A stretch of DNA of 64,000 nucleotides from an uncultured Nitrospinota bacterium (GTDB lineage Bacteria > Tectomicrobia > Entotheonellia > J063 > CAVPRW01): assembly GCA_963707985.1 (NCBI GenBank), contig CAVPRW010000031.1, positions 1 to 64,000 on the forward strand. Direction: 5' to 3'. The notes under the pieces are model-generated. The model did not search any database, had not been told where the DNA came from, and worked only from the letters and a program-made list of their open reading frames with translations. The position numbers and the translations under genes are program-made. Positions 10,095 to 22,669 of this stretch are shown here, in pieces (within the stretch, counting starts at the first letter, position 1; each line of letters starts with the position of its first letter).

Positions 10095-11144
10095 ATGACG
10101 TCTCATGCCCCTAGAACAAGCCACCATAGGTGTCTCGCGATCTATTACGAACACCCTGAATGGTTTACGCCGCTCTTTGCCGAGCTCGATCGGCGTGAGA
10201 TCGCCTACGATCGTCTGCTGGCTCACGAGAGTCACTTCGACCCAGCCGATCGTGACCCGCGGTATGCCCTCGTGGTCAACCGCATGAGTCCCTCAGCATA
10301 CATGCGCGGCCACATCCAAGCCATGTTCTACACGCTGAACTATCTGGCCTTTTTGAAAGAGATCCGCGCCAATGTCCTGAACGGTTATGACGCCTATGTC
10401 TATGAATTCTCCAAGGCACGACAGATCGGCCTGCTGCACAGCCTTGGGCTGCGGTATCCGCGTGCACGCGTGATCAACCACGCGTTACAGGCACCGGCGG
10501 CTGCCGAAGGACTAACCTTTCCGGTGATTCTGAAGCCCAACATCGGCGGCAGCGGGGCCAAGATCGTGTCCTTCCAGACTCCAGAGGAACTGCGACAGGC
10601 GGCGGAGGGTGGTGCGTTGGACCTGGGGATCGACCACACCGCGCTGGTGCAGGAGTTCTTACCGGCGACAGACAACAGCATTGTGCGCGTGGAGATCCTG
10701 GGGGGTGAATATCTCTATGCCATTCGCCTGCACCTGGCGGCTGGCGAGTTCAATCTTTGTCCCGCCGACTATTGCCGGCTGCCAGAAACTGGGAATGGGA
10801 TAGGTCTGCGGGATGGCGTTTCCGGCCGACAGGTACCTGTGGAAGCCTACACGCCGCCACCTGCAATCGTCGAAGCGGTGAAACACATCATGGTTGAGGC
10901 CCATATCGAGGTCGGCGGGGTGGAGTATTTGGTCAACGCGCGCGATGGGCAGGCGTACTTTTATGACATCAACGCCCTGTCGAATTTTGTCGCCGATGCC
11001 CCGAACGTAGTGGGATTCGATCCCGTCCCCAAGCTCGTGGACTACCTCATGATGCGAGCAGGCCTGGCGAAATCAGCGACGGCACCAGCAGCACTGAGGG
11101 GCGGCGCTTGCCCGTTTTCGCTGGCACGATTTGAAGCGGTGTGA
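10095..11144 (+). CDS. ATP-grasp (RimK/glutathione synthetase-like) ligase
   Basis: PVILKPNIGGSG, LVQEFLP, GGVEYL..YFYDINALSNF. Confidence 0.8.
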   Translation: MTSHAPRTSHHRCLAIYYEHPEWFTPLFAELDRREIAYDRLLAHESHFDPADRDPRYALVVNRMSPSAYMRGHIQAMFYTLNYLAFLKEIRANVLNGYDAYVYEFSKARQIGLLHSLGLRYPRARVINHALQAPAAAEGLTFPVILKPNIGGSGAKIVSFQTPEELRQAAEGGALDLGIDHTALVQEFLPATDNSIVRVEILGGEYLYAIRLHLAAGEFNLCPADYCRLPETGNGIGLRDGVSGRQVPVEAYTPPPAIVEAVKHIMVEAHIEVGGVEYLVNARDGQAYFYDINALSNFVADAPNVVGFDPVPKLVDYLMMRAGLAKSATAPAALRGGACPFSLARFEAV

Positions 11145-11191
11145 CAGCCACGGCCGCAGCAGCGGAAACTCCGAACTTGCACCCCGATGGA

Positions 11192-11986
11192 TTAATGAGG
11201 CTGCGCCAGGAACCCCAGCACCGCTGTCAGGAATTCCTGGGGTTTCTCCAGCGCCGGAGAGTGTCCACATCGATCAATGACATGCAGCCTGGAGTTGACG
11301 AGCGCCTGCTGATACAGCTCGCCGCAGTTCAGGGGGACAATGGCATCCTGTCTACCCCAGATGATCAGCGTCGGCACCTTCACCCCACGCAGATAGGCGC
11401 GCAGCTTGGGATTATGGAAGTACGGCTTCCAGCACAGACGCGAAGTCATCTCCCGATTGCGCCATTGGACCGCTTCCTCGTCGGGAGTGAGCTGGCGATT
11501 GACCACGGCCTCAAAGTCGGGAACCTGGGTTGGGTCGTAGAACCGAAGTTTTTTCGCGACATCCTGGGAAACCATTAGGATCTCGGCGATTTCCCCCACT
11601 TCTGGCTTGATCCCAGCCGCATCCACCAGGATCAGGCTCCTGACATAGGTCGGGCACATGGCGCAGATCTCTGCCGCCAGCCACCCACCCATTGAAGAGC
11701 CCATGAGGTGGACGGGGGCCAGGTCTAACTCCTCGATGAACTGGCGATAGAAGTGCGCCATGTCGTTGATGGTACTGATCCAATCGGGCCGACTGGACTG
11801 GCCGTAACCCGGATGGGAGGGGGCGTACACGGTATAATGTTTCGCCAGCTCCTGATGATAGGCGAGCCAACCTGGATTGCCACCGGCCCCATGCAACATC
11901 AGCAGCGGCTCGCCACTACCGCCCCGCAGCAACTGCAGGCAGAGCCCTGCGACATCGATCGCTTGTTCGGTGTAGTCTGGCGTCAC
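11192..11986 (-). CDS. Alpha/beta hydrolase
   Basis: LHGAGG, GSSMGG nucleophile elbow, IIWGRQD, CGH. Confidence 0.9.
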   Translation of the reverse strand: MTPDYTEQAIDVAGLCLQLLRGGSGEPLLMLHGAGGNPGWLAYHQELAKHYTVYAPSHPGYGQSSRPDWISTINDMAHFYRQFIEELDLAPVHLMGSSMGGWLAAEICAMCPTYVRSLILVDAAGIKPEVGEIAEILMVSQDVAKKLRFYDPTQVPDFEAVVNRQLTPDEEAVQWRNREMTSRLCWKPYFHNPKLRAYLRGVKVPTLIIWGRQDAIVPLNCGELYQQALVNSRLHVIDRCGHSPALEKPQEFLTAVLGFLAQPH

Positions 11987-12173
11987 AACTCAATCTCCTC
12001 TGCCCGTCGCGACGATCACGTGACGCGACTGATGAATGGGAGGCACACCGTAAAGCTACCCCCACTTCCTCCTTCCTCACCCGAACCGTCTCGAACAGCG
12101 ATCGAGACAAATCTACTCCGCCAAGCTCCCCGTATGTGAAAGGTGGAGAGAGGTCGATGTGACGGCCGCCGGG

Positions 12174-13346
12174 CTAGTCGTAGGGTTGTAGCTCGAGCTC
12201 GTGCAAAGCTGGGATGACTTCCTGTCCGAGCAGCTCGATGGAACGCTTCACATCCTGATGGGGCATGTCTCCCTCATTGCCGTAGATGTGCAGATAGCCG
12301 GGGTTCAGATGCTGGATGATCTCCGTGAGCTTTTTGATGACGGTCTCGGGGTTGCCGACGATGATGTTATTCACCGCGCGCAGTTCGTCGTAGCCCATCT
12401 TTTTCCCAAATGTACCGCGTGCCGATGGTGGGACGGCTCATTTTGACCTGCAACGCTTCGCGCGATTGGTAGCCGGGAGGGTCATTGTGCTCTCTCGGAC
12501 CTCGCTGGCGGTGGTTTTCCGTCCACATGAAGGTGCGGCCGATGTCGATGGCCCTCTCGTCGGTATCGGCACATAGGCACCCGCAGAAGGTAGCCAAAAT
12601 GCTCTGGCCCAGGGGTGAAGCCCACCTCTTTGGCGGTGTCGATGTAGACGCCCTTTAAATACTCAGTCACGCCGACCAGCGCCCCTAAATTCATGTACGG
12701 GTGCCGGTGTGTCGCTGCCCAGACAACGCTCTCCGGGCTGCCAGTGCCGGGGAACCAAATGTCGGGGTGGGGCTTTTGCACTGGTAAGACCCATGGGTTG
12801 ACAGCCCGATAGTGATAGTATTTGCCCTCATAGCGGAATGGGCCAGGGGTCGTCCAGCACTTGATAATCAGGTCGTGAGCCTCCTGGAAGCGCTCAAAGT
12901 TCTCAGAGGGGTCGATGCCGCCATGCAGGCTCTCAACCGCGGTGCCACGCACAAAGCCGGAGATGATGCGCCCGCCGGAGAAGCAATCCAGCATCGCGAT
13001 CTCCTCCGCCATGCGCACCGGGTCGTTGACGGCGATGACATTGCCGAGGATGGCAATCTTGGCCTTCTTGGTGACTTTAGCAGATGACCGCCGCATCGAT
13101 GTTTACTGAAGGCTTCATGCACCAATACGACGAGTGGTGTTCGTTGCTCATGATGCCGTCGAAGCCGACCTCATCGGCGAGCGCGTACTGTTCATGATAC
13201 TGATTATACAGGACATGGGCCTTCTGAGGATCGAAGTAGGTGTTGGGAAAACCCAGACGCCCAGAATCGTACTGAGACAGATCCGCATCGGTGACGTAGC
13301 CATAGGGTTGTTCCGAGAACCAGAACACTTCAACGCGGTCTTTCAT
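12174..13346 (-). CDS. LLM-class flavin-dependent oxidoreductase, split by several frameshifts
   Basis: GFDGIMSNEHH, PVRMAEEIAMLD, QKPHP and IVGNPETV motifs across four ORF pieces; paralog of 59253-60458. Confidence 0.8.
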
Positions 13347-13665
13347 AGCGATTTCCCCCTGTGCCTCACCCCATCCGATGGCGGGCTCGTGCGCTAATCG
13401 GTCGAGGTCAGATGGTGGCCTCTACCATCGAGATCTTGGCCAAGCGTTTGCCTGTAGTGCTCACCTGACTGACTAACATGGGGACACCCCCAAGTCAAGC
13501 ATTTTGTCGCCTGGCACCTGCGCCGTGCAAGGGATCGTCCCCCCCACCGGAGGAACACATAAGCTCTGCGGCAATTCCAAACCCTGGTCAGGATTCGGCG
13601 GATTCGCCCAATAGCGCTGTGGAAGCAAGCATACCTGGGTGCGAACAGGGCTGGATGACCAGGGG

Positions 13666-14190
13666 TTAGAGCAATGATTCATCATGATGGGGCAGTTGTG
13701 CGGCGAGGTCATCGAGGAACATAATAATCGCGTCTTCGTTGTTATCTGCGTAATAACGCTTGCGCACCGCCACCGGAGCGAAACCGAACCGGCTATACAG
13801 CCGCTGAGCGCCTTGATTAGACGCCCGCACCTCCAGCACCGCTTGGCGGCAGCCTGACTTTAAGGCTTCGGCCAGGACACCGGCTAGCAACTGCTGACCG
13901 ACATGCTGGCGTCGGAATTGGGGATGGACGGCGAAGCTCGTAATGTGCATTTCGTCGGCGACGATCCAGGTGCAACTGTAGGCGGCCACTCGTCCCTGCT
14001 GATCGCCCTCAAGGATCCGAGCGACAAACAGCTGGGCGATATCACTGCCGCGCAGCTCGCCGAGGAAGATATCGCGGGGCCATGGCGAAGTGAAGGACAG
14101 ATATTCGATGTCGAGCACGGACTCCAGGTCTGCTTCGGACATCGATTCGACATGCACAGGGAGCCAGTTGGTCGATGGTGATAAAGTCAT
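13666..14190 (-). CDS. rimI: Ribosomal protein S18 alanine N-acetyltransferase
   Basis: FTSPW, AVHPQFRRQHVG, LEVRASNQGAQRLY..FGF..RKRYYADNNEDAIIM. Confidence 0.85.
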   Translation of the reverse strand: MTLSPSTNWLPVHVESMSEADLESVLDIEYLSFTSPWPRDIFLGELRGSDIAQLFVARILEGDQQGRVAAYSCTWIVADEMHITSFAVHPQFRRQHVGQQLLAGVLAEALKSGCRQAVLEVRASNQGAQRLYSRFGFAPVAVRKRYYADNNEDAIIMFLDDLAAQLPHHDESLL

Positions 14191-14885
14191 ACTCGACCAT
14201 TGCGAGGTGAAAGAGGTCGACTCGGAATACGTTCGAGTTGCTGGGTCTCTGTGTCCAGCAGGTAATATTCGTCCGACAGCTGCGCCAGGACGTACAGGTG
14301 CGTGGGACCGTGCTGCACATAGCGGAAAAAATGGGCATGGCCACAGAACATGTAAGTGGGCTGCAAGGCATCCAAGACCTGGCGTAGTGCCGGTACCGCG
14401 TGGTCGGGTTCGCGGCCGAGGCCAAGGCCGGCCGGACATCCATGGGCAAGTAGGATATCGACAGCCTGCCCGCGCAACCTCAACATCGCATCGATATCGG
14501 CCTGCGTAAAAAAGCTACTCGCGGCCGGATCGTTGCCCTCGATGGTAGATGCCGCCGAGTAGAGAGGGTCGTAGGCACCGTTTAATCCGGCAACGCATAG
14601 CGTTTCGCCACCGGAAGTGATCTTCACCGCCGCACCGGTTTTGAGGTTTCGCAGGTTGCGCACGTCCCGCCTGCCCGCCTCGATGTCAGCGATGGCAGGC
14701 GGCCAATCGTTGTTGCCATAGATCCAATACACCGGGCGGGCGAGCGAGCGATAATGGCACATATCGCCCACCTGGAGCATCAGGTCGCACTCAAGCGTGG
14801 CCACGACATCCTGAAAATACTCGATGGTGGGCTGTTGAGTCGGCTCGAACCAGCCATGAATGTCGCCAATAATCGCTATACGCAT
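14187..14885 (-). CDS. Calcineurin-like metallophosphoesterase
   Basis: GDIHG, GD, YGNND, AHG and CGHAH motifs. Confidence 0.85.
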   Translation of the reverse strand: MRIAIIGDIHGWFEPTQQPTIEYFQDVVATLECDLMLQVGDMCHYRSLARPVYWIYGNNDWPPAIADIEAGRRDVRNLRNLKTGAAVKITSGGETLCVAGLNGAYDPLYSAASTIEGNDPAASSFFTQADIDAMLRLRGQAVDILLAHGCPAGLGLGREPDHAVPALRQVLDALQPTYMFCGHAHFFRYVQHGPTHLYVLAQLSDEYYLLDTETQQLERIPSRPLSPRNGRV

Positions 14886-14893
14886 CGTCGTTC

Positions 14894-16141
14894 TCAGCTA
14901 GCGCGCCGTTCGGACAGGAGCACTGGTGATTTCTTCCCTAAAATCGCGTCTTCGTCGATGGTGCACTGGCGTAAGTCCGTGCGCGAAGGAATCTCATACA
15001 TGATGTCGAGCATGACTTCTTCCAGGATCGAGCGCAGGCCGCGCGCCCCGGTCTTGCGTCGAGCGGCTTCTTTGGCGACAGCACGCAGCGCATCGTCGGT
15101 AAAGGTCAGGTCGATCTTCTCATATTCAAAGAGCTTCTGGAATTGTTTCACCAGGGCATTCTTGGGTTCGACCAGGATACGCTGCAAGTCTTCTTCGGTC
15201 AATTCATCCAGCGTCGCCACGACCGGCAAGCGTCCCACCAATTCCGGGATCATGCCATACTTGAGAAAGTCTTCCGGCTGGCATTGGCTCAAAATCTCTT
15301 GTGTCTCGTCGACCTTGTCGCCCAAGTTGGACGCAAAGCCCATGGCGCGCTTGCCGACCCGCTCGCGGACGATGCGGTCGAGACCGACGAAGGCGCCGCC
15401 GCAAATGAAGAGGATATTGGTGGTATCGACCTGGATGAACTCTTGATGCGGATGTTTGCGCCCGCCCTGGGGTGGCACGTTGGCCACCGTGCCCTCGATG
15501 ATCTTCAGCAGGGCTTGTTGCACACCCTCTCCCGAGACATCACGGGTGATCGAGGGGTTTTCCGATTTGCGGCTTTTCTTGTCGATCTCGTCAATGTAGA
15601 TGATCCCGCGCTCGGCCTTCTCGACATCATAGTCAGCCGCCTGCACCAGCTTCAGGATAATGTTCTCGACATCCTCGCCGACGTACCCGGCCTCGGTCAA
15701 CGTCGTCGCATCTACGATCGCGAAGGGGACCTGGATGATGCGGGCCAACGTTTGGGCCAGCAGAGTTTTTCCTGAACCCGTTGGCCCGACCAGCAGGATG
15801 TTGCTCTTCTGGAGCTCCACGTCATTGGTAGTCGATAGATTGCCAAAGAGTTTCTTGTAGTGGTTGTACACCGCTACGGCCAACACTCGTTTGGCACGTT
15901 CCTGCCCGATGATGTATGCATCCAGTTTCTGCTTGATCTCTTTAGGGGTAATGAGGCGGTGCGCATTGGTCTGCTGCTCCAGGGTCGTCGACGTGTCTTC
16001 TGCAAGGATATCATTGCAGAGATTCACGCATTCATTGCAAATATAGGCTTTGGACCCTGCAATCAGGCGCTTCACCTCTCGTTGATGTTTGCCGCAAAAG
16101 GAGCACCGCATCGCGCCCTCTCGGCCTTCTGCCCTCGCCAT
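14894..16141 (-). CDS. clpX: ATP-dependent Clp protease ATP-binding subunit ClpX
   Basis: CSFCGK zinc finger, [33 protein letters not shown]. Confidence 0.97.
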   Translation of the reverse strand: MARAEGREGAMRCSFCGKHQREVKRLIAGSKAYICNECVNLCNDILAEDTSTTLEQQTNAHRLITPKEIKQKLDAYIIGQERAKRVLAVAVYNHYKKLFGNLSTTNDVELQKSNILLVGPTGSGKTLLAQTLARIIQVPFAIVDATTLTEAGYVGEDVENIILKLVQAADYDVEKAERGIIYIDEIDKKSRKSENPSITRDVSGEGVQQALLKIIEGTVANVPPQGGRKHPHQEFIQVDTTNILFICGGAFVGLDRIVRERVGKRAMGFASNLGDKVDETQEILSQCQPEDFLKYGMIPELVGRLPVVATLDELTEEDLQRILVEPKNALVKQFQKLFEYEKIDLTFTDDALRAVAKEAARRKTGARGLRSILEEVMLDIMYEIPSRTDLRQCTIDEDAILGKKSPVLLSERRAS

Positions 16142-16550
16142 GTGCATCTCCTCTATTTCGTCAGAATGTGCGGCGCGGATGCCCCACCGTGCACGCCAGG
16201 CAAGCGACTGCAAGGCTTTGCACTCCAACACCGTTTGACGTGAATCTACCATATTTCCCGGTCTCTCACAAGGGATTTCCCCAACTAACACGGGCCTCCG
16301 AGTCACTGCCAAGGGCCAAAAAGCTCTTGCAATTACCTACGAGCTCCCCTAATATGGCCATTTCAGAGGCTTTCACGTGGCGGTGAAGACGGCTATTATT
16401 CCCCCGCTACCACGCATCGATCTCCTGCGGATCAGGCATTGATTCGCCCTCCAGCGCTCTTCTTGGGGTCCTCTCTCTCTGCCTGCGCGAGCGGAAGCGG
16501 GACATGCAATGTCTCGACGCATGACATGACTCTGTTGAAGAGGAATCGGT

Positions 16551-18116
16551 ATGGGGACTGAATATTCCGACATCCAGGCCAAACTCAAGGAGTTGGAGGA
16601 ACGACATCGGCTCGCCGAGCTCGGCGGCGGCGAAGAGCGCATCGAGCGCCAACACAAAGCCGGTAAGCTCACAGCCCGCGAACGTCTGAAACTCCTCTTG
16701 GATGACGGTAGTTTTCAGGAGGTCGACAAGTTTGTAACCCACCGTTGTTCAGATTTTGGCATGGACACATTACGCCTTCCCGGCGATGGCGTGGTTACTG
16801 GCTCGGGCCGCATCGATGGCCGCCAGGTGTTTGTGTTTGCTCAAGACTTTACCTTTGTCGGCGGCACCTTGAGTAGCGCCTACGCTGCGAAAATCTGCAA
16901 GATCATGGACCTGGCCACGAAGACTGGCTGCCCGATCATCGGCCTGAACGATTCCGGCGGGGCACGCATTCAAGAAGGCGTCATCAGCCTGGCGGGCTAC
17001 GCGGATATTTTCTTACGCAACACCCTGGCCTCCGGCGTCGTCCCACAGCTCTCAGCTATTATGGGTCCATGCGCCGGCGGCGCTGTTTACTCTCCCGCCA
17101 TCACGGATTTCATCGTCATGGTGAAAGAGACCAGCTACATGTTTGTGACCGGCCCGGAGGTGGTCAAGGCGGTGACCCATGAGGACGTAGGTTTCAATGA
17201 TCTGGGCGGAGCCATGACTCACAATATGAAGAGCGGCGTAGCGCATTTTGCCGCGGATACCGAAGAAGAATGCCTCTGGATGGTGCGTGAGCTGCTGAGT
17301 TTTATGCCACAAAACAATGCCGAAGACCCGCCGCGTCGCGCCGGCACCGACCCGATCGACCGCAGCGACGAGCGCTTGCGGCACATTGTCCCGGTCTATC
17401 CTAATAAGCCCTACGACATCAAGGACATCGTTACCATCGTCCTGGATGAGCAATACTTCTTCGAGGTCCAACCGCTGTTCGCCCCCAACATCGTCATCGG
17501 CTTCGGGCGTCTCAGTGGGCGTCCGGTCGGCATCATCGCCAACCAACCCAATTACCTAGCGGGGACCCTTGATATCAATTCTTCGACCAAGGCCGCGCGC
17601 TTTGTGCGGTTCTGTGATGCCTTTAACATCCCGCTGCTGACCTTCGTGGATGTGCCCGGCTTCCTGCCCGGCACGGCGCAGGAGTATGGCGGTATCATCA
17701 AGCATGGAGCCAAGTTGCTCTACGCCTACTGCGAGGCGACGGTACCGAAAATTACGCTGATCACCCGCAAAGCCTATGGTGGCGCCTATGATGTGATGTC
17801 AAGCAAGCATATCCGCGGCGACGTCAACCTGGCCTATCCCACCGCAGAGATCGCCGTCATGGGGCCAGAGGGGGCGGTCAACATCATCTTCCGCCGTGAC
17901 ATCCAGGAGTCCTCGACCCCAGAACAAGTGCGCGACCAGAAAGCGGCGGAATACCGGGAGAAGTTTGCCAACCCCTATATTGCCGCCTCCCTGGGCTACG
18001 TCGACGAGGTCATCGATCCGAAAGAAACTCGTGTCCGCTTGATTCGTGCCCTCGACATGCTGCAAAACAAGCGGGATCGCAATCCGCCCAAGAAGCATGG
18101 GAATATTCCGTTGTGA
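16551..18116 (+). CDS. pccB: Acyl-CoA (propionyl-CoA) carboxylase beta subunit
   Basis: [38 protein letters not shown]. Confidence 0.9.
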   Translation: MGTEYSDIQAKLKELEERHRLAELGGGEERIERQHKAGKLTARERLKLLLDDGSFQEVDKFVTHRCSDFGMDTLRLPGDGVVTGSGRIDGRQVFVFAQDFTFVGGTLSSAYAAKICKIMDLATKTGCPIIGLNDSGGARIQEGVISLAGYADIFLRNTLASGVVPQLSAIMGPCAGGAVYSPAITDFIVMVKETSYMFVTGPEVVKAVTHEDVGFNDLGGAMTHNMKSGVAHFAADTEEECLWMVRELLSFMPQNNAEDPPRRAGTDPIDRSDERLRHIVPVYPNKPYDIKDIVTIVLDEQYFFEVQPLFAPNIVIGFGRLSGRPVGIIANQPNYLAGTLDINSSTKAARFVRFCDAFNIPLLTFVDVPGFLPGTAQEYGGIIKHGAKLLYAYCEATVPKITLITRKAYGGAYDVMSSKHIRGDVNLAYPTAEIAVMGPEGAVNIIFRRDIQESSTPEQVRDQKAAEYREKFANPYIAASLGYVDEVIDPKETRVRLIRALDMLQNKRDRNPPKKHGNIPL

Positions 18117-18126
18117 GGAGACGTCG

Positions 18127-19641
18127 ATGTTCCGCAAAGTCCTCATCGCCAACCGTGGCGAAATCGCCATTCGGGTGATGCGTGGCTGCCGGGAGCTCGG
18201 TCTCAGCCCTGTGGCGGTATACTCAGAGGCTGACCGCAACGCGCTGCATGTGCAGATGGCCGACGAAGCCTATCTCATCGGTCCCCCCCCAGCGACGGAG
18301 AGCTATCTCGTCATCGACCGCATCATCGCGGCTGCCCAGGTCAGCGGGGCACAGGCCATTCATCCCGGCTATGGTTTCCTCGCCGAAAACGCCAACTTTG
18401 CCAGGGCCTGTGAGGAGCAGGGGCTGGTGTTCATTGGTCCGCCGAGCGCAGCTATCGCCTTGATGGGGGATAAAACCGCCGCCCGGCGTGCCATGCAGGC
18501 TGCAGGGGTGCCCATAGTGCCAGGGATCGACCGCTTCTTGCAGGACGATGAGGAAGCATACCAAGTGGTCGAGGCCATCGGCTACCCGGTGATGATCAAA
18601 GCTGCCCTTGGTGGCGGCGGCAAAGGGATGCGCTTGGTGCATCACCAGCAGCAGCTCGGGGAGGCGCTGCGAGCGGCGCGTTCGGAGGCACGCTCATCCT
18701 TCGGCGATGCAGCCATCTACCTCGAGAAGTATGTCCCCAACCCGCACCATGTTGAAATCCAGGTCCTGGCCGACGCCTATGGCCAGGTGATCTATCTTGG
18801 TGAGCGCGAGTGCTCGATCCAGCGACGCCATCAGAAAGTCGTCGAGGAGTCCCCTGCGCCGCTGATGACCGAGGACTTGCGGGTTCAGATGGGGCAGGCA
18901 GCGGTACGTGCGGCCCAGGCCGCTCACTATCGCAATGCCGGGACGGTTGAATTCCTGGTAGATGAGCAGCGCAATTTTTATTTTCTCGAGATGAATACCC
19001 GCCTGCAGGTGGAACACCCGGTGACCGAAATGGTCACCGGTATCGACCTGGTGCAGGCCCAGCTCCGCATCGCCGACGGTGAGGCATTGGGGATTCGCCA
19101 GGAGGATATTCAATTGCATGGCGCCGCCATCGAGTGCCGCATCTATGCCGAGGATCCGGCCTACAATTTCCGTCCTTCTCCCGGACGGATCACGGTCTTG
19201 CAAGCCCCAGCGGGTCCCTGGGTACGTGATGAGCGCGGGGTCTTCGCTGGCGGTGAGGTGAGCCCCTTCTACGATCCGATGATCTCCAAGCTGGTGGTTT
19301 GGGGCGCCACGCGTCAGGAGGCTATTGCCCGGATGCGTCGCGCCCTTGGGGAGTATGTGATCGGCGGGATCAAAACGACTATCCCGTTCCACCTGTGGCT
19401 CATGGATGATCCCGACTTCCAGGCCGGGCGCCTTGACACCGGATTCATCGAGCGCCGCTATCGCCCGCAGGCCGTGCAACCCGATCAGGTCGCGCAAGAT
19501 ATGGCGTTGATCGCGGCGGCGCTGGACCACTGGCAATCCACCAAGCAGGCCGCGACGACGCCGACGTCTCAGAGTGGGCATGAGGGGGTGAGTCCCTGGA
19601 AACTGGCAGGTCGCGTTGACCTCATGCGGCGGAGCGGATAG
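18127..19641 (+). CDS. accC: Biotin carboxylase subunit
   Basis: IANRGEIA, HPGYGFLAEN, GGGGKGMR, FLEMNTRLQVEHPVTE. Confidence 0.9.
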   Translation: MFRKVLIANRGEIAIRVMRGCRELGLSPVAVYSEADRNALHVQMADEAYLIGPPPATESYLVIDRIIAAAQVSGAQAIHPGYGFLAENANFARACEEQGLVFIGPPSAAIALMGDKTAARRAMQAAGVPIVPGIDRFLQDDEEAYQVVEAIGYPVMIKAALGGGGKGMRLVHHQQQLGEALRAARSEARSSFGDAAIYLEKYVPNPHHVEIQVLADAYGQVIYLGERECSIQRRHQKVVEESPAPLMTEDLRVQMGQAAVRAAQAAHYRNAGTVEFLVDEQRNFYFLEMNTRLQVEHPVTEMVTGIDLVQAQLRIADGEALGIRQEDIQLHGAAIECRIYAEDPAYNFRPSPGRITVLQAPAGPWVRDERGVFAGGEVSPFYDPMISKLVVWGATRQEAIARMRRALGEYVIGGIKTTIPFHLWLMDDPDFQAGRLDTGFIERRYRPQAVQPDQVAQDMALIAAALDHWQSTKQAATTPTSQSGHEGVSPWKLAGRVDLMRRSG

Positions 19642-19642
19642 G

Positions 19643-20149
19643 GTGCGACTGCTCGTCAACGCCGGCGGGGTCACGTATACGGTGGATCTGGACGAAGGCA
19701 ATGGCACCGGACTCTTCAGGGTCAAGGTCGACGACCGAGAGTATGTGATCGATGCCACCAATCCCGCGCCCGGACTGTACTCGCTGTTGGTGCATGGGAA
19801 AGTATACAGTGCGGCGATATCGCAGCGCCGAGGCCGGCGTGAAGTGCAGATTGGTCAGTGGAGCACTAGCGTCGAGGTTGTCTCCACTCGATCGCAGCGG
19901 CCCTCTGCGAAGCCCGTTGCCACCCTGAGTGGGCGGCAAGAGATCACCGCCCCGATGTCGGGACGTGTCGTGCAAGTGCTCGTGCAACCGGGTCAGATAG
20001 TGCAAGAAGGCGAAAGCCTGGTGATCATCGAAGCCATGAAAATGGAGACAGAGATTCGCGCCATTGCTTCTGGGCATGTCAGCAATATTCAGACCGCCGT
20101 GGACACGGCGGTCGAAGCGGGACAGCTTTTGTTGGTGATTGAGCCGTGA
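19643..20149 (+). CDS. Biotin carboxyl carrier protein
   Basis: C-terminal biotinyl domain with EAMKME. Confidence 0.9.
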   Translation: MRLLVNAGGVTYTVDLDEGNGTGLFRVKVDDREYVIDATNPAPGLYSLLVHGKVYSAAISQRRGRREVQIGQWSTSVEVVSTRSQRPSAKPVATLSGRQEITAPMSGRVVQVLVQPGQIVQEGESLVIIEAMKMETEIRAIASGHVSNIQTAVDTAVEAGQLLLVIEP

Positions 20150-20178
20150 CTTGCGAAAGTCGCGAAGGGAGATTTCCT

Positions 20179-21858
20179 GTGGCGGATGAAAATGAGTTCG
20201 AGCCCATTCGACGTGCAACACAAGCCTGGGAGAGCCAAACGGTTCAGCACGCCTGCGAACGGCTCCCCGAGCACCAGCGACAGTTCACCACGGCGAGCGG
20301 CATCCCTCTCGAACGGCTCTATACCCCACTCGATGTGGGCAAGCTGGATTATCTATCAGACCTCGGCTTCCCCGGTGAGTATCCCTTTACACGTGGTGTG
20401 CAGCCTTCGATGTATCGCGGGCGCTTTTGGACCATGCGGCAGTATGCCGGGTTCGGCACCGCGGAGGAGTCGAATCAGCGCTATCGATATCTTCTGAATC
20501 AAGGTCAGACGGGCTTGAGTGTCGCGTTTGACCTGCCGACGCAGATCGGCTATGACTCGGATCACCCGATGGCGGAGGGGGAAGTCGGCAAGGTTGGAGT
20601 GGCGATCGACTCACGACGCGATATGGAAACATTGTTCGAGGGGATCCCACTCGATAGAGTCAGTACCTCGATGACTATCAATGCCACGGCACCGATTCTC
20701 TTAGCACTGTATGTCGCGGTCGCCAACGGACGGGGCGTTGATCCGAAGCTGTTGCAGGGTACGCTGCAAAACGACATCCTGAAAGAATACATTGCCCGTG
20801 GCACGTATATCTATCCCCCGGAGCCCTCATTACGCTTGGTGACCGACGTATTTGCCTATGCCAAGGACCATCTGCCGAAATGGAATCCGATTAGCATCAG
20901 CGGCTATCATATGCGCGAGGCGGGATGCACGGCCGTGCAGGAGTTGGCGTTTACTCTTGCCAATGCCATTACCTACGTGGAGGCAGCGTTGCGTGCTGGA
21001 CTTACCATTGATTCCTTCGCCTCCCGACTATCTTTTTTCTTCGGGGTGCATAATGATTTCCTGGAGGAGGTCGCCAAGTTCCGGGCGGCGAGACGCCTCT
21101 GGGCGAGAATTATGCGCGAGCGCTTTCAGGCCAAAGACCCACGCTCTTGCGTGCTACGTTTCCATACCCAAACCTGCGGGTGTACACTGACCGCCCAACA
21201 ACCCGAGAACAATATCGTGCGCGTGACTCTCCAAGCCTTGGCCGCTGTACTGGGCGGCACACAGTCCCTGCATACGAACGCGCTTGATGAAGCGCTGGCC
21301 CTGCCCTCGGAGATGGCGGCGCGGATCGCCTTGCGCACGCAACAGATCATCGCGCACGAAAGCGGCGTGGCCAATGTCGCCGATCCTGTTGGAGGCTCAT
21401 ACGCTCTCGAATGTCTGACCGCGCGACTCGAAGAAGAGGCGCAAGCCTACATTCACAACATCGAGGCCATGGGGGGGATGCTACGAGCTATCGAGCAGGG
21501 CTATGTTCAGCAGGAGATCCAGCGGAGCGCCTACGAATATCAGCGCAGCGTGGAGCGGCACCAGACCGTGGTGGTGGGGGTCAACGACTATGTCATGCCG
21601 GAGGAGCGCCCTATCGAGCTGACGCGCATCGATCAACGGGCGACTGAGACACAACTCGAAAAGCTCCTAGAGCTACGGCAACAACGAGACCAAAGCCGTG
21701 TGACTGCTGTGTTGGATCACTTGCGTGAGGCCGCGCGGGGGACAACAAATCTTATGCCTCTGGTCCTGGAAGCGGTGGCCTGTGACACCACGCTTGGAGA
21801 AATTTCGGATGCCCTACGGGAGGTATTCGGCGAGTACCGCGAGAAGGTAACCGTGTAA
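20179..21858 (+). CDS. Methylmalonyl-CoA mutase, large (substrate-binding) subunit
   Basis: [36 protein letters not shown]; no fused B12-binding domain. Confidence 0.92.
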   Translation: MADENEFEPIRRATQAWESQTVQHACERLPEHQRQFTTASGIPLERLYTPLDVGKLDYLSDLGFPGEYPFTRGVQPSMYRGRFWTMRQYAGFGTAEESNQRYRYLLNQGQTGLSVAFDLPTQIGYDSDHPMAEGEVGKVGVAIDSRRDMETLFEGIPLDRVSTSMTINATAPILLALYVAVANGRGVDPKLLQGTLQNDILKEYIARGTYIYPPEPSLRLVTDVFAYAKDHLPKWNPISISGYHMREAGCTAVQELAFTLANAITYVEAALRAGLTIDSFASRLSFFFGVHNDFLEEVAKFRAARRLWARIMRERFQAKDPRSCVLRFHTQTCGCTLTAQQPENNIVRVTLQALAAVLGGTQSLHTNALDEALALPSEMAARIALRTQQIIAHESGVANVADPVGGSYALECLTARLEEEAQAYIHNIEAMGGMLRAIEQGYVQQEIQRSAYEYQRSVERHQTVVVGVNDYVMPEERPIELTRIDQRATETQLEKLLELRQQRDQSRVTAVLDHLREAARGTTNLMPLVLEAVACDTTLGEISDALREVFGEYREKVTV

Positions 21859-22003
21859 GAACCTGCTGGTTGTAGCAACGAACAGGTGTGGCCATAACTC
21901 GAATCGTTATGGTCACGCGCGAGACATCCATGAGCAATACGCTCGTTAGACGACCGGCAGCCATGTGCTCTCAGGTTTCCATCGACTCCTTGAGGTCTTT
22001 CGT

Positions 22004-22669
22004 ATGAAATGCCCTAAATGCAGATATACCAGCTTCCCTCATCTGGAAAACTGTCCCAAATGCGGTTTTGTGTTGGCGGAGCAGCGTGAAGCCTTGGGCA
22101 TCTACGCCCTACGATCTGCTCCACCCGACTTATGGCTGGCATATCAGGCGCCCAGCATGGAGGTCGTAGGGGAACTGCTCCCCGCTCCCGGATCTCCTCC
22201 AGGCCTTGATCTTGGGCCGTTTGAAGGGATCGATCTGGAGGATTCCGCGGTGGAGCCCGGCGGGGCAGAGACAGCCGAGATGGAAGAGTCGACGAACGCA
22301 CCGGACAAGCCGGATAGCGACCGGATGAGCACCCAGGACATGATCATGCCTCACAGCCTGGACTTGCACCAACTTGGGGACATCACCCTGGCCCTTGAGA
22401 ACGAGGCGGACCTGGAAGACGAATCCCCACTGAGCATTCAGGCTCCAGAAGAGCCCCTGGATGTGAAACAGGTGTATGACCTCGATGTAGACGAAGAGCT
22501 CGGCGGTCTGCCCCTTGGACAGATCAGGGATGAAATAGGGGTGGATGAGGATGATGAAGGAAGCGTAGAATACACGCTGGAGATCGAGGAAGACCTAGAA
22601 TTCGAGGTCGAGCGACTAGAGTTGCAACAGGATAAGGAAGGTGAGAACGAACATGACGACGAGCGCTGA
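22004..22669 (+). CDS. Hypothetical protein with N-terminal CxxC..CxxC zinc ribbon and acidic body
   Basis: MKCPKCRY..CPKCG followed by D/E-rich low-complexity sequence. Confidence 0.65.
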   Translation: MKCPKCRYTSFPHLENCPKCGFVLAEQREALGIYALRSAPPDLWLAYQAPSMEVVGELLPAPGSPPGLDLGPFEGIDLEDSAVEPGGAETAEMEESTNAPDKPDSDRMSTQDMIMPHSLDLHQLGDITLALENEADLEDESPLSIQAPEEPLDVKQVYDLDVDEELGGLPLGQIRDEIGVDEDDEGSVEYTLEIEEDLEFEVERLELQQDKEGENEHDDER